From positions 1 to 53,379 of the IMG/VR virus record IMGVR_UViG_3300046167_000321: a stretch of 53,379 nt of DNA, one strand, 5' to 3'. Positions 26,192 through 36,948 of the stretch are shown piece after piece (positions within the stretch are counted from its first letter, which is position 1; each line of letters begins with the position of its first letter). The translations under genes were made by a program, and so were the position numbers. The stretch comes from a virus (Duplodnaviria > Caudoviricetes). A model generated the notes under the pieces. It saw only the letters and a list, made by a program, of their open reading frames with translations. It was not told where the DNA came from and ran no database searches.

Positions 26192-27703
26192 CTAAGTTCG
26201 AGCATATGGACTACGGTTCACCGCTGGTGAAAGAAGTCCTGTATTTGCTATTGAACTACCCTGTACTGATCCAAGCATTCCCATCATATCTTCGATGTTA
26301 TAACCTACTTGGTTGATACGGTTACCTTGAGCATCAAAAGATGAAACCAGAAGGTTACCATTTTGATCAATGTCTCGCTGTACAGCCATGCCCATGTCAT
26401 TCACGTCATTGCGGATGAGTTTACCATTGTCATCAAAGGCACTTGTCATAGCACGGAAGCCTTGGGTGGTATTTGCATCCAGACCTTCCATTCCGCTATT
26501 AACGAAACTCTCCATGTTACCCAGACCTGTCATGAACTCTTGTCGAGCCAACTGTGCATCAGCAGATGTAGCATCAAATCCTTGTGCAATTTCGTAGGCA
26601 GCGTTGTTGACCGCACCCTTAACGGTGCCAAAGCCATCGTCCATGCCACCTATTACCGCATTTTCTACGTCACCTAGAGCGCCCCGGGTTGAAATACCTT
26701 GACCGGAAATTTCACCAGTTAGTGCAGCTCCTGTGTTGCCTACTTGCTCACGAGTAGCTTCACCTTCACCACCAATAGCTCCTGCTAGGTTGTTTTCAGT
26801 GATGCCCAGAGCCTGTGATAGGTCATTACGAGCACGATTAGCCAACATAGTGTTGTCATCATAATCAGAACGGAAACCAGAGAAGTCACCCTGAAGACCA
26901 GTGACCTGATCAGAAATGCCTGTCTGTCCTTCTGACAATGTTCCGAAGTAATCCGTTGCATTGGCATTACCTGAGTCTACTGCACTCTGGATGTCTGATT
27001 GACCTGCACCTAAGTCTGAACCGATTGTATCCAGTGTATTAGTTGTACGAGTATCAAAGTCTGAGATGTCTTCACGAGTATCTACAGCTTCGTCTCCTAC
27101 CTTTTCCATGATGTCACTACGGTTGGTGCTAAGTTTATCAACTAGGTCCGTAAAATATGAGGCTGCCTGAGTTGTAAGACGGCCCTCTGCATCAATGATT
27201 TCATCATTGGTATCAGAAAACGCCCTACCAAGATCAATATCTTGTTGATCAATCCGATCCGTAATATCAGATCGTGTAGTAGCTCCCGCAGACGTTACAT
27301 CAGACGATAAATCATCCATCCGTGTCTTACGGTCAGCTTGGGCGTCATCAAATCCTTCACCCATATCTGCAAATCCAGATGTAATGTCACGCTGAACATT
27401 ACCTACATCACTACTTACATCACCAATGTCACCAGTTAGGGCACTAAAATCATCAGTTATATTTGTTTCGGCAGTGCCAATACGTGATAGGCTTCGGTCT
27501 AAGGCATCACCAATGTCATCTTGAATATCGCCTTGGCCCCCAAATACATCATCAAACTTAGGATTACCGTATTCGGATACGGCTGTCTTAATTTCATCTA
27601 GGCTGGGGCCGCCACCGCCGCCGCCGCCCGTAAAAGTAATTAACCCAGAACGCCGTGAATGAACGTAGCGCATGGGTCCAAATTGTTCCATGAATGGATT
27701 CAT
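26192..27703 (-). CDS. D/G-rich helical virion protein (putative)
   Basis: 503 aa, apolipoprotein-like repeats, N-terminal poly-Gly. Confidence 0.55.
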   Translation of the reverse strand: MNPFMEQFGPMRYVHSRRSGLITFTGGGGGGGPSLDEIKTAVSEYGNPKFDDVFGGQGDIQDDIGDALDRSLSRIGTAETNITDDFSALTGDIGDVSSDVGNVQRDITSGFADMGEGFDDAQADRKTRMDDLSSDVTSAGATTRSDITDRIDQQDIDLGRAFSDTNDEIIDAEGRLTTQAASYFTDLVDKLSTNRSDIMEKVGDEAVDTREDISDFDTRTTNTLDTIGSDLGAGQSDIQSAVDSGNANATDYFGTLSEGQTGISDQVTGLQGDFSGFRSDYDDNTMLANRARNDLSQALGITENNLAGAIGGEGEATREQVGNTGAALTGEISGQGISTRGALGDVENAVIGGMDDGFGTVKGAVNNAAYEIAQGFDATSADAQLARQEFMTGLGNMESFVNSGMEGLDANTTQGFRAMTSAFDDNGKLIRNDVNDMGMAVQRDIDQNGNLLVSSFDAQGNRINQVGYNIEDMMGMLGSVQGSSIANTGLLSPAVNRSPYART

Positions 27704-27705
27704 GT

Positions 27706-28155
27706 TTATATCTCCATATCGTATACTTGATACAAGTGCCTGTAGCTACGTCCCGTATCGTTGGTTAAATTTTGAAGCCGCCGTTGCCAGCCTTTTCGGC
27801 CCCATATTTGAATCGAACTACACCTGTTATCCTGTGCAAACTTGACTAGGGTATCGTGATGTGCAGTCCATGCGTCCCATTCTTCGACGGAGCCGCCGCA
27901 AGTCTGGATCAACATTGTTTTACGTCTGGTTTCTTCTATAAACCGGGTGACGATTACTGAGGCTATGCTGTCGTTTTGATCGACTGTAAGCCAAATGTGT
28001 GCTTTTTCTATCATAGCTAATAGTGCTATGTCGAAAGATGTCATCTCTCCTACCGAGTGGCCTAAAGCTGACTCAACGTGAGGCTCAAGGATATGCCACT
28101 TTTTAAGAATGTCTTGGGGTTTCAGGAGGGATGACCGATATTTATTCTCAATCAT
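27706..28155 (-). CDS. GNAT-fold-like phage protein
   Basis: FA....C..I..WGRKGW.R.L pattern common in podovirus tail modules. Confidence 0.6.
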   Translation of the reverse strand: MIENKYRSSLLKPQDILKKWHILEPHVESALGHSVGEMTSFDIALLAMIEKAHIWLTVDQNDSIASVIVTRFIEETRRKTMLIQTCGGSVEEWDAWTAHHDTLVKFAQDNRCSSIQIWGRKGWQRRLQNLTNDTGRSYRHLYQVYDMEI

Positions 28156-28159
28156 CTAT

Positions 28160-28189
28160 ATTATACCGCATTTTATGCCACTAAGGCAA
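28160..28189 (-). promoter_or_regulatory. sigma70-type promoter
   Basis: TTGCCT-18-TATAAT; perfect palindrome ACACTTAGCTAAGTGT at 28207-28222 just upstream. Confidence 0.55.
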
Positions 28190-28233
28190 CATAGGGTGCA
28201 TTATAGACACTTAGCTAAGTGTTGGCAAGAAGA

Positions 28234-28449
28234 TTATGCAGCTTCTTCTACTGCTTCATCTAAGCTCTTAGTAAGCATATCAACAAACGCCTGTTTGCCT
28301 ACGCTTAGCTGATCTAAGTTAAACTGAGTAGTACCCATCTTACGATCTAAGTCTGCAACATGATTTACCATAATCTTTTGCTGATCAGTAAGCTGATCCT
28401 CAGTGTATTCTTTGTCGTTGATGACAATGGTTTTTTTGTTTTCTGCCAT
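28234..28449 (-). CDS. Small tail-associated coiled-coil protein
   Basis: MAENKKTIVINDKEY...; RBS TAGGAG. Confidence 0.7.
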   Translation of the reverse strand: MAENKKTIVINDKEYTEDQLTDQQKIMVNHVADLDRKMGTTQFNLDQLSVGKQAFVDMLTKSLDEAVEEAA

Positions 28450-28474
28450 TGCTTTTCTCCTAGTTAAGTTAAAA

Positions 28475-28825
28475 TTAAGCCGCCCACGGGGTTCCTGTGG
28501 CTTCGGCTGTCTTACGGGCAACCTGTGCCGTAACCTTACCTTGGCGGTTTGTTTCGATACGAGCCTTTGCTTCGTCGGCTGTTTCTTCGCCTTCGATCAA
28601 GCTGTTATACACCCAGCCTAGCACTGTGGCTTCGGTCAGGTCAGCATATGCTACAAAGTCAGACGCATCAGGATCAGGCTCAAGACGTAGCTTACCGCCT
28701 TCTACTGCACTGCATTCTGAGTGATCATCGTCTTGTACACGACATTCCCAATACACGGTTTTTACGCCGCCTGTAGCATCGTCACGAACCATGTCGTTGA
28801 TCTTCCATGTTGTTGTTTGTGCCAT
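28475..28825 (-). CDS. Tail-fibre-associated small protein
   Basis: TW.I..M.R, V..V.W, F..YADLTEA.VLGWV, G.PW terminus. Confidence 0.7.
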   Translation of the reverse strand: MAQTTTWKINDMVRDDATGGVKTVYWECRVQDDDHSECSAVEGGKLRLEPDPDASDFVAYADLTEATVLGWVYNSLIEGEETADEAKARIETNRQGKVTAQVARKTAEATGTPWAA

Positions 28826-28856
28826 TGTTTGTTTCTCCTTTATGGCTGGGGGATTA

Positions 28857-30874
28857 TTAGTTACAAATTCTCATTACACTCCAAGAAATGTTAGCCCCAG
28901 TAAATATTGATTGGTTGACTTGAAGGTTAGCCCCAGACATTCGCAAATCACAGCGATTTCCCAAAAGAAGATCAGTATATTTGGACGATGGGCCAGCTTG
29001 GATATGTGCAATACCCGTAGTGTTATCCTCTACATTACCTGTACCACTACCTCTAGCACTAACTATAAAGTTTCCTGAGTTGGCTTCAAATGTATATATA
29101 GTTATCCAAGTATTTACGGCGAGGTTTGTTGCAGTACCCCATTTTGTAGCAAATCTACCCGCAACTAAAGGCATAAAGTTTGTAGTTGCACCTTCTGTAT
29201 TGCTTGTACCTACCGCTACCGAATTATTATTCCCATCTACAAATATTGCATGGGCATTACTGTTGCTCTCAACACGGAAGTCATGGTCATGGGACGTTTC
29301 ATTAAACGATGTCATCGCCTGTGTTTGCGTCATAACCTCATTCGGGCCAAGCCAAGTTGATCTTTGTGAGGGTATCCCTATCGAATTATTCGGTGCGCTA
29401 GTCGAACCTGTATTAACAACATTTTCAGTCCATGAACCGCCTGTCACAACTGTGTGTGATGTGGATTCGTAGTTTCCTAACTGGACGTAGATTTCAAACT
29501 CATAATTTCCGTTTGGCACATAACGAACTGATTGACGATGGTACACTGCTATTATCCCCTTCAGCATAAAATACCGCATCTAGCATACTTGCGTTTGTGC
29601 CACCTCTAAGAAGTATTGTTAGTTTTCCTACGTTTGTACCGCCAGAAGAATACCCCGGTTTTGCACCGTGCATTACAATCTCAGCCCCATACGGCCCCGG
29701 AAGGTACATGTTGCCAAGTTTCCAGTAATTATTGTTGTTAGAACTCGTTTGTGAGGTAGGTGAGTGAGGATAATAATAAGTTGGTCTAAAGTTTCCGTTT
29801 ACTTCAAGAGTTGATCCGGGGTTTGAGGTGTTTATTCCGACTTCGTTTTGATCTGCATCAACGAAAATCATGTGAGTTGAGTTATTACTCTCAACACGGA
29901 AGTCTTGGTCATGGCTATCTTCGTTTATAACAATTCCAGTTGTACCCCGATACATTGTCATGGGTGTGCGGAAATTATTTGTTTTATCATCATCCGCATA
30001 AAGAAAGTTAAGTGCGCCGCCAGAATTTTGGAAACCCCAAAGCCTTGTGTTGCTTGTTGCGTCACTGTCTTTCAACCAAAGCTGAGTTGTTCCAGTGCTT
30101 TGAAAAGTTGGCCCTGATGCGTGGGTGTTTAAAGTTTGCACCATCATTACACCACCATTAGGGTCTGGTGAATTAGTGCCTATACAAACAGCGTCTGCAC
30201 CCGCATCAACAAAAAAGCATATTAGCGTTGCTGTCACTCTCAATGCGGAAGTCTACATTCTTACTGTTTTGGTTGAAGACCACCTCATTAAGAGGACGAA
30301 ACGTCAGAGCAGAATGTGCGTTCGTACTGTCGTAAATAAAAAACTGCTCTAAGTTGTCGATACCCGCTGACCATTGATTACTTGCATTTTTATATTGAAT
30401 CTGAGCAGTCGAGTCTGATGTTGTTTCAAAACGAAACTGAATGTCTCCAGAAGATTGTGCATGTATGAATGTCGATGGATTTGAGGTTCCGATCCCTATG
30501 CGATCAGTACCGCCATTAACAAAAAACATATTAGAGTTGTTGTCACTCTCAATGCGGAAGTCCGTATTCTGACTGTCTTCATTAAAATTTACTTCAGTGT
30601 TGCTAATGACCATTCTGTCTTGGTTATTTGTAAGAACCGCAACGCTATCGGCGGCTGGACGATAAATCGCCGCTCCAACATTTGGCTTAGATAAATTGCC
30701 AGTGAATTGGATGTGGTTCGTGTTCATTAGCAGAACACCACTTTGCGTTGTCGTACCAGTAAAAGTAGGAGAAGCCGTAGGAGCAGCGCCAACGACTTCT
30801 GCAACGGAAATCTGTCCGTCAGCTAACTCTGCGTTGTCTGATATCAGGTTAGCGAGTGTTCTTGCTTTGCTCAT
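28857..30874 (-). pseudogene. Second tail fibre gene broken by two +1 frameshifts (real or assembly error)
   Basis: ORFs 30206..30874, 29500..30243 and 28857..29579 join into one fibre with four NEDS.D.DFR.ES...FVD modules; breaks at A6 30211-30216 and near 29530. Confidence 0.75.
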
Positions 30875-30889
30875 AGCTAGTCCTTTAAA

Positions 30890-31150
30890 TTAGGGTGTTT
30901 CTTGTGCAGCTAGATGAGCCGCATATGCGTCTTTGACCGCTTGGGTGAATACTGATGCACATATGTCTGCTACGTCTGCGTCTTCGTCATCTAGAACAGC
31001 GTCAGGCATGACTACATGACGGTGAAAGTTGCGGCTGATTTCTTCGCCATCACGCTTGATGATGTTCGCTGTACGAACCTGCACGACAGGAAATGTGCCG
31101 TTGTGAACGACTTCGATTTTGTCGTTTAGTGTGCTTTCTGTTAGTGCCAT
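30890..31150 (-). CDS. Tail fibre assembly-type small protein
   Basis: MALTE....DKIEVV....VQVR....I..DG.EISR.FHRHV motif, follows fibre gene. Confidence 0.75.
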   Translation of the reverse strand: MALTESTLNDKIEVVHNGTFPVVQVRTANIIKRDGEEISRNFHRHVVMPDAVLDDEDADVADICASVFTQAVKDAYAAHLAAQETP

Positions 31151-31201
31151 CGTTTATCTCCTGTGATGGTTGGACTGTCCGACCCAAAGCTATGCAGTGG
31201 G

Positions 31202-34200
31202 TTATGAATCTGTTACATAACTAAATGATACTGTGCCTTCTATTGCTCCAGTAGTATCAGCATTTGAATCTACGGCTGAAATAGTGGTGCTTCCTGTGGT
31301 CTGTTGAAAAAATGTACCTGTTGTTGATTGATGACCAAAAGACATAAAGTGTGAAGCTACATTAGAGGCTGAATCTCCTCTTAAAAGAACTGGAACTTGA
31401 AATGAACCATTACCACTGCTTGGGTGGTTTGATGTTGCAAATGGAAATCCAGTTATTTGAAGATTACCCTGTGGAGAGTTTCGACCACTATTAAGGGCTT
31501 CAAAACGAACTTGAATATGAACAACTCGTCCTACTTTAGTATACCTACCTGTTGCATACCCTGTTCTTGAAGTCCAACCGCCACTGGTTCCTCCCGCAAG
31601 TGTATAAGTAAAAGTACCTTCTTCGTAGTCATTAAGTAGTTCAGAATGTTCAGTACTAGAACCGTTGCTAGTAGCAGAGAAGTCGATGCCTAGACCGTTG
31701 CCCATGACCACATTGCCAGAGGGAACTACATTACCGCCAGCGTATATTCTTAAATCGTGACTGTTGCTGCTATCTGTAATGTAAGAATATTGGCTATCGG
31801 CCTGTACGCCTATGCTCATTAACCTAGCAGTACTGTTTCCGCTGTTTCTCCCAATTATCGTAATATATGGGTTGGTAAGAGCCGAATCGTTAACACCTAT
31901 CTCCATCTGCTTAGAGACATTTTTGTTTCCAAGTATTAAGGGAGTTCCGCTAGTATCTCCTAACTGTCCAGAATCATAAATTCTGACCGCACCGTCTGGC
32001 CTGATACGCATACGTTCTGCGCCAGCGGTGGAAAACGATATTGTGTCAGAAGCACTCCGATACATACCCGTGTTAGGATCATCAACAAATCTAAAGCCCG
32101 GAACAACCGCACTTCCATCAGAGGCAGAAATTAATCCACCATTGTTAATTGATGCTTTTTTGGTGCCAGAAAACTTAAACTGGATGTCATCACCATTGGA
32201 TGACGCAAATATTTGAGTGTTCGTTCCGACTAAGTTTAATGATCCTGATGTAGCAATAACATTTCCATCGTTGTCGATGCGCATTTTCTCGCTGTTATCA
32301 ACATTAAACTGAATGCGTGAAGAAACTGCTGCGCCTCCCACATCAGCATTAAATGAAAGCCCTGCGTCACTAATCGTTTCAATAACACAATACATTGAGG
32401 TGTTTTGGCTATCGACAAGTCTTATTTGATTGTTGCTTGATTGAATTTGTAAAGGTGAACTAGGCGAACTCGTCCCAGTCCCAATCCCAACGCCAGTATT
32501 CGTAGCGTGTAAAATATTTGTTCCGCTAGGCTTCAGTGAGATAGAACCTGACGCACTGGAAATAGATAAATCACCTGATTGCTGATAAACAGTGTTACCT
32601 GTGTCTGCACCAGAAATCCTTAGCCCATTTAAGTATGAATATGCATTAGTAGTCACACCGCCAGTAATATCTACACCTGTGCTGGTGGTGGCGAGTTTGG
32701 CATTACCGCTGTAAGAAAGAGTAGAAGAACCTGAAGTATTTACTGTAAATAATTCCGTGCCATCTCCTTTTTGAAAAGATATGCTTGGCCCGTTGGACTT
32801 TAAAATTAACTCTCCTGCGGCAGTATCTTGCACATAACTATTAGACCCATCGTGGTAAATCTGTAGGTCAGACCCTGCACCAAAGATGGCTTTGTCGTTG
32901 TCACCAAATGACAAGTTGCCTGTCATGGTATCGCCAGCCACTTGCACATAACGTGCATCTGATTGTGTCTGTGTGAGGTGATCCGATAAGACGAATGTGC
33001 CGTAGCCTACGATCTCAACAATATCATTTACCGTGGTTCCACTGGCAAATACTACTGAGGTTCCTGACGTAGCGGTTACGTCTGTGCCGACCAACTGCTT
33101 CACGCCGTTCAAAAATACGTCTACATATCCAGAGTCATATGTGGCAGCAAATACTGTCTGACCCGCAGTAGCTGTATAGCTGTAGCGATTTGTTGTGCCG
33201 TTGACTGATGAACCCGCATTCGTCCAACCGTTAGCGGAGTACACTTTCATAGCACCCGCTGTGGTATCAAAATACAGATCACCAACATCCAAAGCTGACC
33301 CATCTGGATCGGCTGTTGGGGCGCTGCCTTGTGCGCCTAGATATTGGTTTTGGAATGTTGCTAAAGATGTTGCCGCTGCATTTTTGCTAGTTAAGGCTGA
33401 CGCCGCTGAATTAGATGCATTAGTAGCCGAAGTTGCAGCATTGGATTCTGAGGTTGCTGCGTTAGAAGCCGAAGTAGCCGCAGCAGTAGTGCTTTGGAAT
33501 AATCCGTCCACATAAGTCTTTGTAGTAGCATCTGTAGTAGCAGTAGGTGTAGCAAGACCAGTAATCTTATTGTTGCCCATAGCTAATGCACCAGACATCG
33601 TATCGCCAGATTTAGCTACACGGGTATCACGCTGCGTGTCTGTATATACTTTTGTAGCTACATCCTGTGCGCTTGTGGGATCACCTACCCCAGTAATCTT
33701 ATTGGTAGACATGGCAATAGCGCCTGTCATTGTTCCACCAGCTTTTGGTAGTTTAGTCGCAATGGAGTTGGTTACTGTAGTGCTGAATGCATCATCATCA
33801 TTTAGAGCATCAGCTAATTCGCCAAGTGTATCTAGCCCTGCACCAGCATCGCCAATAAGAGTAGATATTTCATCGTCTACATACTTTTTAGTTGCAGCAT
33901 CAAGGTCTGCACTTGGTGCTGTTAGATTAGTAATAGTAGCAGATGTACCAGCATTCATATTAAGATTGCCGTTAACTACTACGTTAGTGAATGTAGATGT
34001 ACCAGAACCAGCGGTTACGTTACCTGTTAGGTTACCTGTGACGTTGCCCGTAACACTTCCTGTATGTACCCCTGCCGTGTTACCTGTTACGTTTCCTGTT
34101 AGTGCGCCTGTAATGCCGCCACTAGCCGTTACTGTAGTGAATGCACCACTTGATGCTGCAGTAGCACCAATCGTAGCACCATCTATAGCTCCGCCATTGA

Positions 34201-35107
34201 TATCTACAGATGCTAATGTAGCTTGTCCTGCAGAAGAAATGGTAGTGAAGCTACCTGCCACTGCGGAGTTAGCACCAATAACAGCACCATCAATAGCACC
34301 ACCATCGATGTTCACTGAGTTCAGTGTTGCTAGACCCGTGGATTCAAGAGTGGTGAACTTACCTGTGCTGTGTGAGTTTGCACCTACTGTAGCGCCATCA
34401 ATAGAACCACCATTAATATCTGCCGTGGCTGCTGTTAAAGATGTTGTAGCACTCAGTGTGGTAAACGTACCCGCTGCCGCTACAGTTGTACCAATAGCAG
34501 CATTGTCGATTGCGCCAGAGGCTACATCAATGTTGCTGATAGTTGTTGTCGTGCCTACGTTAAATATGGCGTTAGCATTAACAGTAAGAATACCTCCGAG
34601 ATATGTTGTAGTGGCTACGTTTAAGCTACCATCAATATCCGCATTCCCGGAAAGGAACAAATCCTTCCAACGCTTTAAAGTATGTCCTAGATCTTTAGTA
34701 TTATTTGCATGAGGAGCAAAATCCCCACTTGAATTAATGAATCTGTTTTCTAACCAGACTGCAGCGCCAGCCGCATTGTACACACATACATAATAACGAT
34801 CATCTGGAACATTATACCAGACAGAACCAACAGCATATCCATCATTGATATCGTCACCTACAGAAGGATCAGAAGTTGCTGAATAGTTATTTTTACCACC
34901 AAGACCACCGTTTGCAGCAGGTAAAAACCCGCTTACCGAAGTAGCGAGGTCTATCTTAGGTCCGTTGCCTGTAGTACCATCATGAGCATGGCCTGTAGTG
35001 CCATTGAATGCATCTTGAAGTGTGTTGAATTCAGCATTGATTGGGGGGGCGGTAATGTTCTCACCGTTAATAATCGATGCTGCGGACTGTCTGGTATATC
35101 CAGCCAT
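31202..35107 (-). CDS. Tail fibre protein
   Basis: MAGYTRQS anchor, DINGG.IDG repeats, DAATK.YVD repeats, C-terminal L.DYEEGTF and YTKVGRVVH. Confidence 0.88.
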   Translation of the reverse strand: MAGYTRQSAASIINGENITAPPINAEFNTLQDAFNGTTGHAHDGTTGNGPKIDLATSVSGFLPAANGGLGGKNNYSATSDPSVGDDINDGYAVGSVWYNVPDDRYYVCVYNAAGAAVWLENRFINSSGDFAPHANNTKDLGHTLKRWKDLFLSGNADIDGSLNVATTTYLGGILTVNANAIFNVGTTTTISNIDVASGAIDNAAIGTTVAAAGTFTTLSATTSLTAATADINGGSIDGATVGANSHSTGKFTTLESTGLATLNSVNIDGGAIDGAVIGANSAVAGSFTTISSAGQATLASVDINGGAIDGATIGATAASSGAFTTVTASGGITGALTGNVTGNTAGVHTGSVTGNVTGNLTGNVTAGSGTSTFTNVVVNGNLNMNAGTSATITNLTAPSADLDAATKKYVDDEISTLIGDAGAGLDTLGELADALNDDDAFSTTVTNSIATKLPKAGGTMTGAIAMSTNKITGVGDPTSAQDVATKVYTDTQRDTRVAKSGDTMSGALAMGNNKITGLATPTATTDATTKTYVDGLFQSTTAAATSASNAATSESNAATSATNASNSAASALTSKNAAATSLATFQNQYLGAQGSAPTADPDGSALDVGDLYFDTTAGAMKVYSANGWTNAGSSVNGTTNRYSYTATAGQTVFAATYDSGYVDVFLNGVKQLVGTDVTATSGTSVVFASGTTVNDIVEIVGYGTFVLSDHLTQTQSDARYVQVAGDTMTGNLSFGDNDKAIFGAGSDLQIYHDGSNSYVQDTAAGELILKSNGPSISFQKGDGTELFTVNTSGSSTLSYSGNAKLATTSTGVDITGGVTTNAYSYLNGLRISGADTGNTVYQQSGDLSISSASGSISLKPSGTNILHATNTGVGIGTGTSSPSSPLQIQSSNNQIRLVDSQNTSMYCVIETISDAGLSFNADVGGAAVSSRIQFNVDNSEKMRIDNDGNVIATSGSLNLVGTNTQIFASSNGDDIQFKFSGTKKASINNGGLISASDGSAVVPGFRFVDDPNTGMYRSASDTISFSTAGAERMRIRPDGAVRIYDSGQLGDTSGTPLILGNKNVSKQMEIGVNDSALTNPYITIIGRNSGNSTARLMSIGVQADSQYSYITDSSNSHDLRIYAGGNVVPSGNVVMGNGLGIDFSATSNGSSTEHSELLNDYEEGTFTYTLAGGTSGGWTSRTGYATGRYTKVGRVVHIQVRFEALNSGRNSPQGNLQITGFPFATSNHPSSGNGSFQVPVLLRGDSASNVASHFMSFGHQSTTGTFFQQTTGSTTISAVDSNADTTGAIEGTVSFSYVTDS

Positions 35108-36948
35108 TATCGTCTCCCTGATTGCGTGTATTCGATAACTAGACCCTGAATTGAGTAGGGATCAAAATCACCGATAGTCACGTATGTAGCTCTGACCGAG
35201 AAGCCACTGCCTTCTACTGCCGTGCTTATGATTGGTTTGTCGGAGCCACCGTATAAAATGCCCGAGGCTGCGTATGTAACATTTTGGCCCCGGTACTGAA
35301 CCGGACGCCCTTCAATTTCTTCCACGTAGTTTGCTGGGTTGAATGTATCTGCAGCAAACCAATCGTAGGTTAGACCTAAGTTAATGGTCATAGGACCCTC
35401 GGCCCTCACGAATGTGTTTATTCGTCTAATGTGTTTTCTTACTTCGGTATCACCAAAGTCAAAGAATGGTGTTGAATACACCGCTACAATGTCTGATCCA
35501 TCGAAGTTAGTACCACGTTCTTGCTGGTACACTTTGCCATTGTAATCGCCGTGAAGGACTACCTCAGACCCGTTTATAAAGTCAGAGGTAGCACAGTTTG
35601 CTCTCATGCCGAGCATTTCACCAAACTCCCAGCCTAATTGCTGGTCCGCTGTTCTAAGTCCACCGATAATCCCGAATGCTTCAGAGACAGTGGATTCATC
35701 TCCGCTCACTAAATACCTTAATTGTGATTTAGTACGGACAACAACACCTACTAGATCGTCCAAGTCGTAATTATCACCAAGTGTTGATAGAAGCGTTTGT
35801 ACCGCTTTGGAGATTGTTTCGATCTCCACATCACCCACACGGGAAGTTCCAGCCACAGGACGAACACCATCAGGTGCTAGAAATGCAAGATCACCTCCAA
35901 TTTCAACAACGGAGTCCCGGGCAACACATCCCATGTTAGCCGTGACAGGTTCCAATATAAAAATAAGATCAGATTCTTCTACGGCCTTTTTGATTTGGTT
36001 TCGGCCAAAGATAAACAAGTCTTTTCGGAAAGGGGCAAGTTGTACTACATCAAAGCCTACACGAAGTATGCTTGAGTTTGTGGCAGGGTCAAAGTTTAAA
36101 TCGTTTCGTGTATCAGAGAAAGCTACAGCATCTTGGCTGACCTGATCTCCACCTAGAAACAAGTAACCCTCAAAGGCATTTACCAATTCAGGTCTTGCTG
36201 GGACATTAGAGCCACCCGGAGATCCTGATGCGCCTGTGTTGGTAGGACTTAAATACGTCCATGTAATTCCGTTGAATACTACAGCGTTGTTAATTCCATC
36301 TACTAGACATATTTTACCGCCACCACCGAAGTTGTACTTAGCTGACCGGATTCTTTTGATCTCTCGGTCTGCTGTAGGTGTGGCGGTGTTATGAATAAGT
36401 CCAGTTGTATACTTGGACCATGAACCTGCTGTAGTTCCTCGGTAAAATGAATATTGTTGGTTATCTATTGTAACCACATTATTCTGAACTGGGGCAGTAG
36501 AAAATGATACTGTGTTTCCTACTATATTGTAAGCAGAAGATGGTTGAACATTACCGTTTACTCGGACCACTACATTGGTTGGGTTTGTTATAGTCAAAGT
36601 GCGGCTGTTATCATCCGCTCCAGTGTAATTACTTTGTGCTGAAGAGGTGACAGTGAACTTATATACACGATCCTTACGTGCAGCGATTACCTCTGATGCA
36701 GATGTGTTTTCGTTGAAGAATATCTCAAGTCCTAATATTGGACCTTCGGCATCATTGCCACCTACTTCTACGTTTTGACCATAGTTAGTAAATCCATCAA
36801 TCCTACGGTAACCACCAAACAAACTTGGCTCGTAGTTTACCAGACGTGTAGCAACACCCGGCGACTCTTCACTAAGCTGTAAATGGTTTTGGGTAGCGTT
36901 TAAGCCACCCACTGATAATACTTTGTATGATTGAATATTATCTGGCAT
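35107..36948 (-). CDS. Tail tubular B / stabilisation (nozzle) protein
   Basis: GGLN start, NYEP...GGYRRI.G, GC.A.DSV.E.GGDL.FLAPDG.R. Confidence 0.75.
   Translation of the reverse strand: MPDNIQSYKVLSVGGLNATQNHLQLSEESPGVATRLVNYEPSLFGGYRRIDGFTNYGQNVEVGGNDAEGPILGLEIFFNENTSASEVIAARKDRVYKFTVTSSAQSNYTGADDNSRTLTITNPTNVVVRVNGNVQPSSAYNIVGNTVSFSTAPVQNNVVTIDNQQYSFYRGTTAGSWSKYTTGLIHNTATPTADREIKRIRSAKYNFGGGGKICLVDGINNAVVFNGITWTYLSPTNTGASGSPGGSNVPARPELVNAFEGYLFLGGDQVSQDAVAFSDTRNDLNFDPATNSSILRVGFDVVQLAPFRKDLFIFGRNQIKKAVEESDLIFILEPVTANMGCVARDSVVEIGGDLAFLAPDGVRPVAGTSRVGDVEIETISKAVQTLLSTLGDNYDLDDLVGVVVRTKSQLRYLVSGDESTVSEAFGIIGGLRTADQQLGWEFGEMLGMRANCATSDFINGSEVVLHGDYNGKVYQQERGTNFDGSDIVAVYSTPFFDFGDTEVRKHIRRINTFVRAEGPMTINLGLTYDWFAADTFNPANYVEEIEGRPVQYRGQNVTYAASGILYGGSDKPIISTAVEGSGFSVRATYVTIGDFDPYSIQGLVIEYTQSGRR

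Noticed and set aside
28449-28467. Sixth target of the 15594 sRNA (TAACTAGGAGA leader)
   Set aside because: Only one half-site; the UGACCAAA half that would pair with the hairpin loop is absent
31151-31205. Possible structured RNA after the main tail fibre gene
   Set aside because: Only short stems (accca/tgggt, ggac/gtcc); no ribozyme core or second copy to show covariation
33570-34712. 380-aa plus-strand ORF and other long antisense ORFs in the structural block
   Set aside because: Shadows of low-complexity Thr/Ala/Gly-rich minus-strand genes; no RBS or motifs
28857-35107. Diversity-generating retroelement acting on tail fibres
   Set aside because: No reverse transcriptase and no ~100-bp template/variable repeat pair differing at adenines seen
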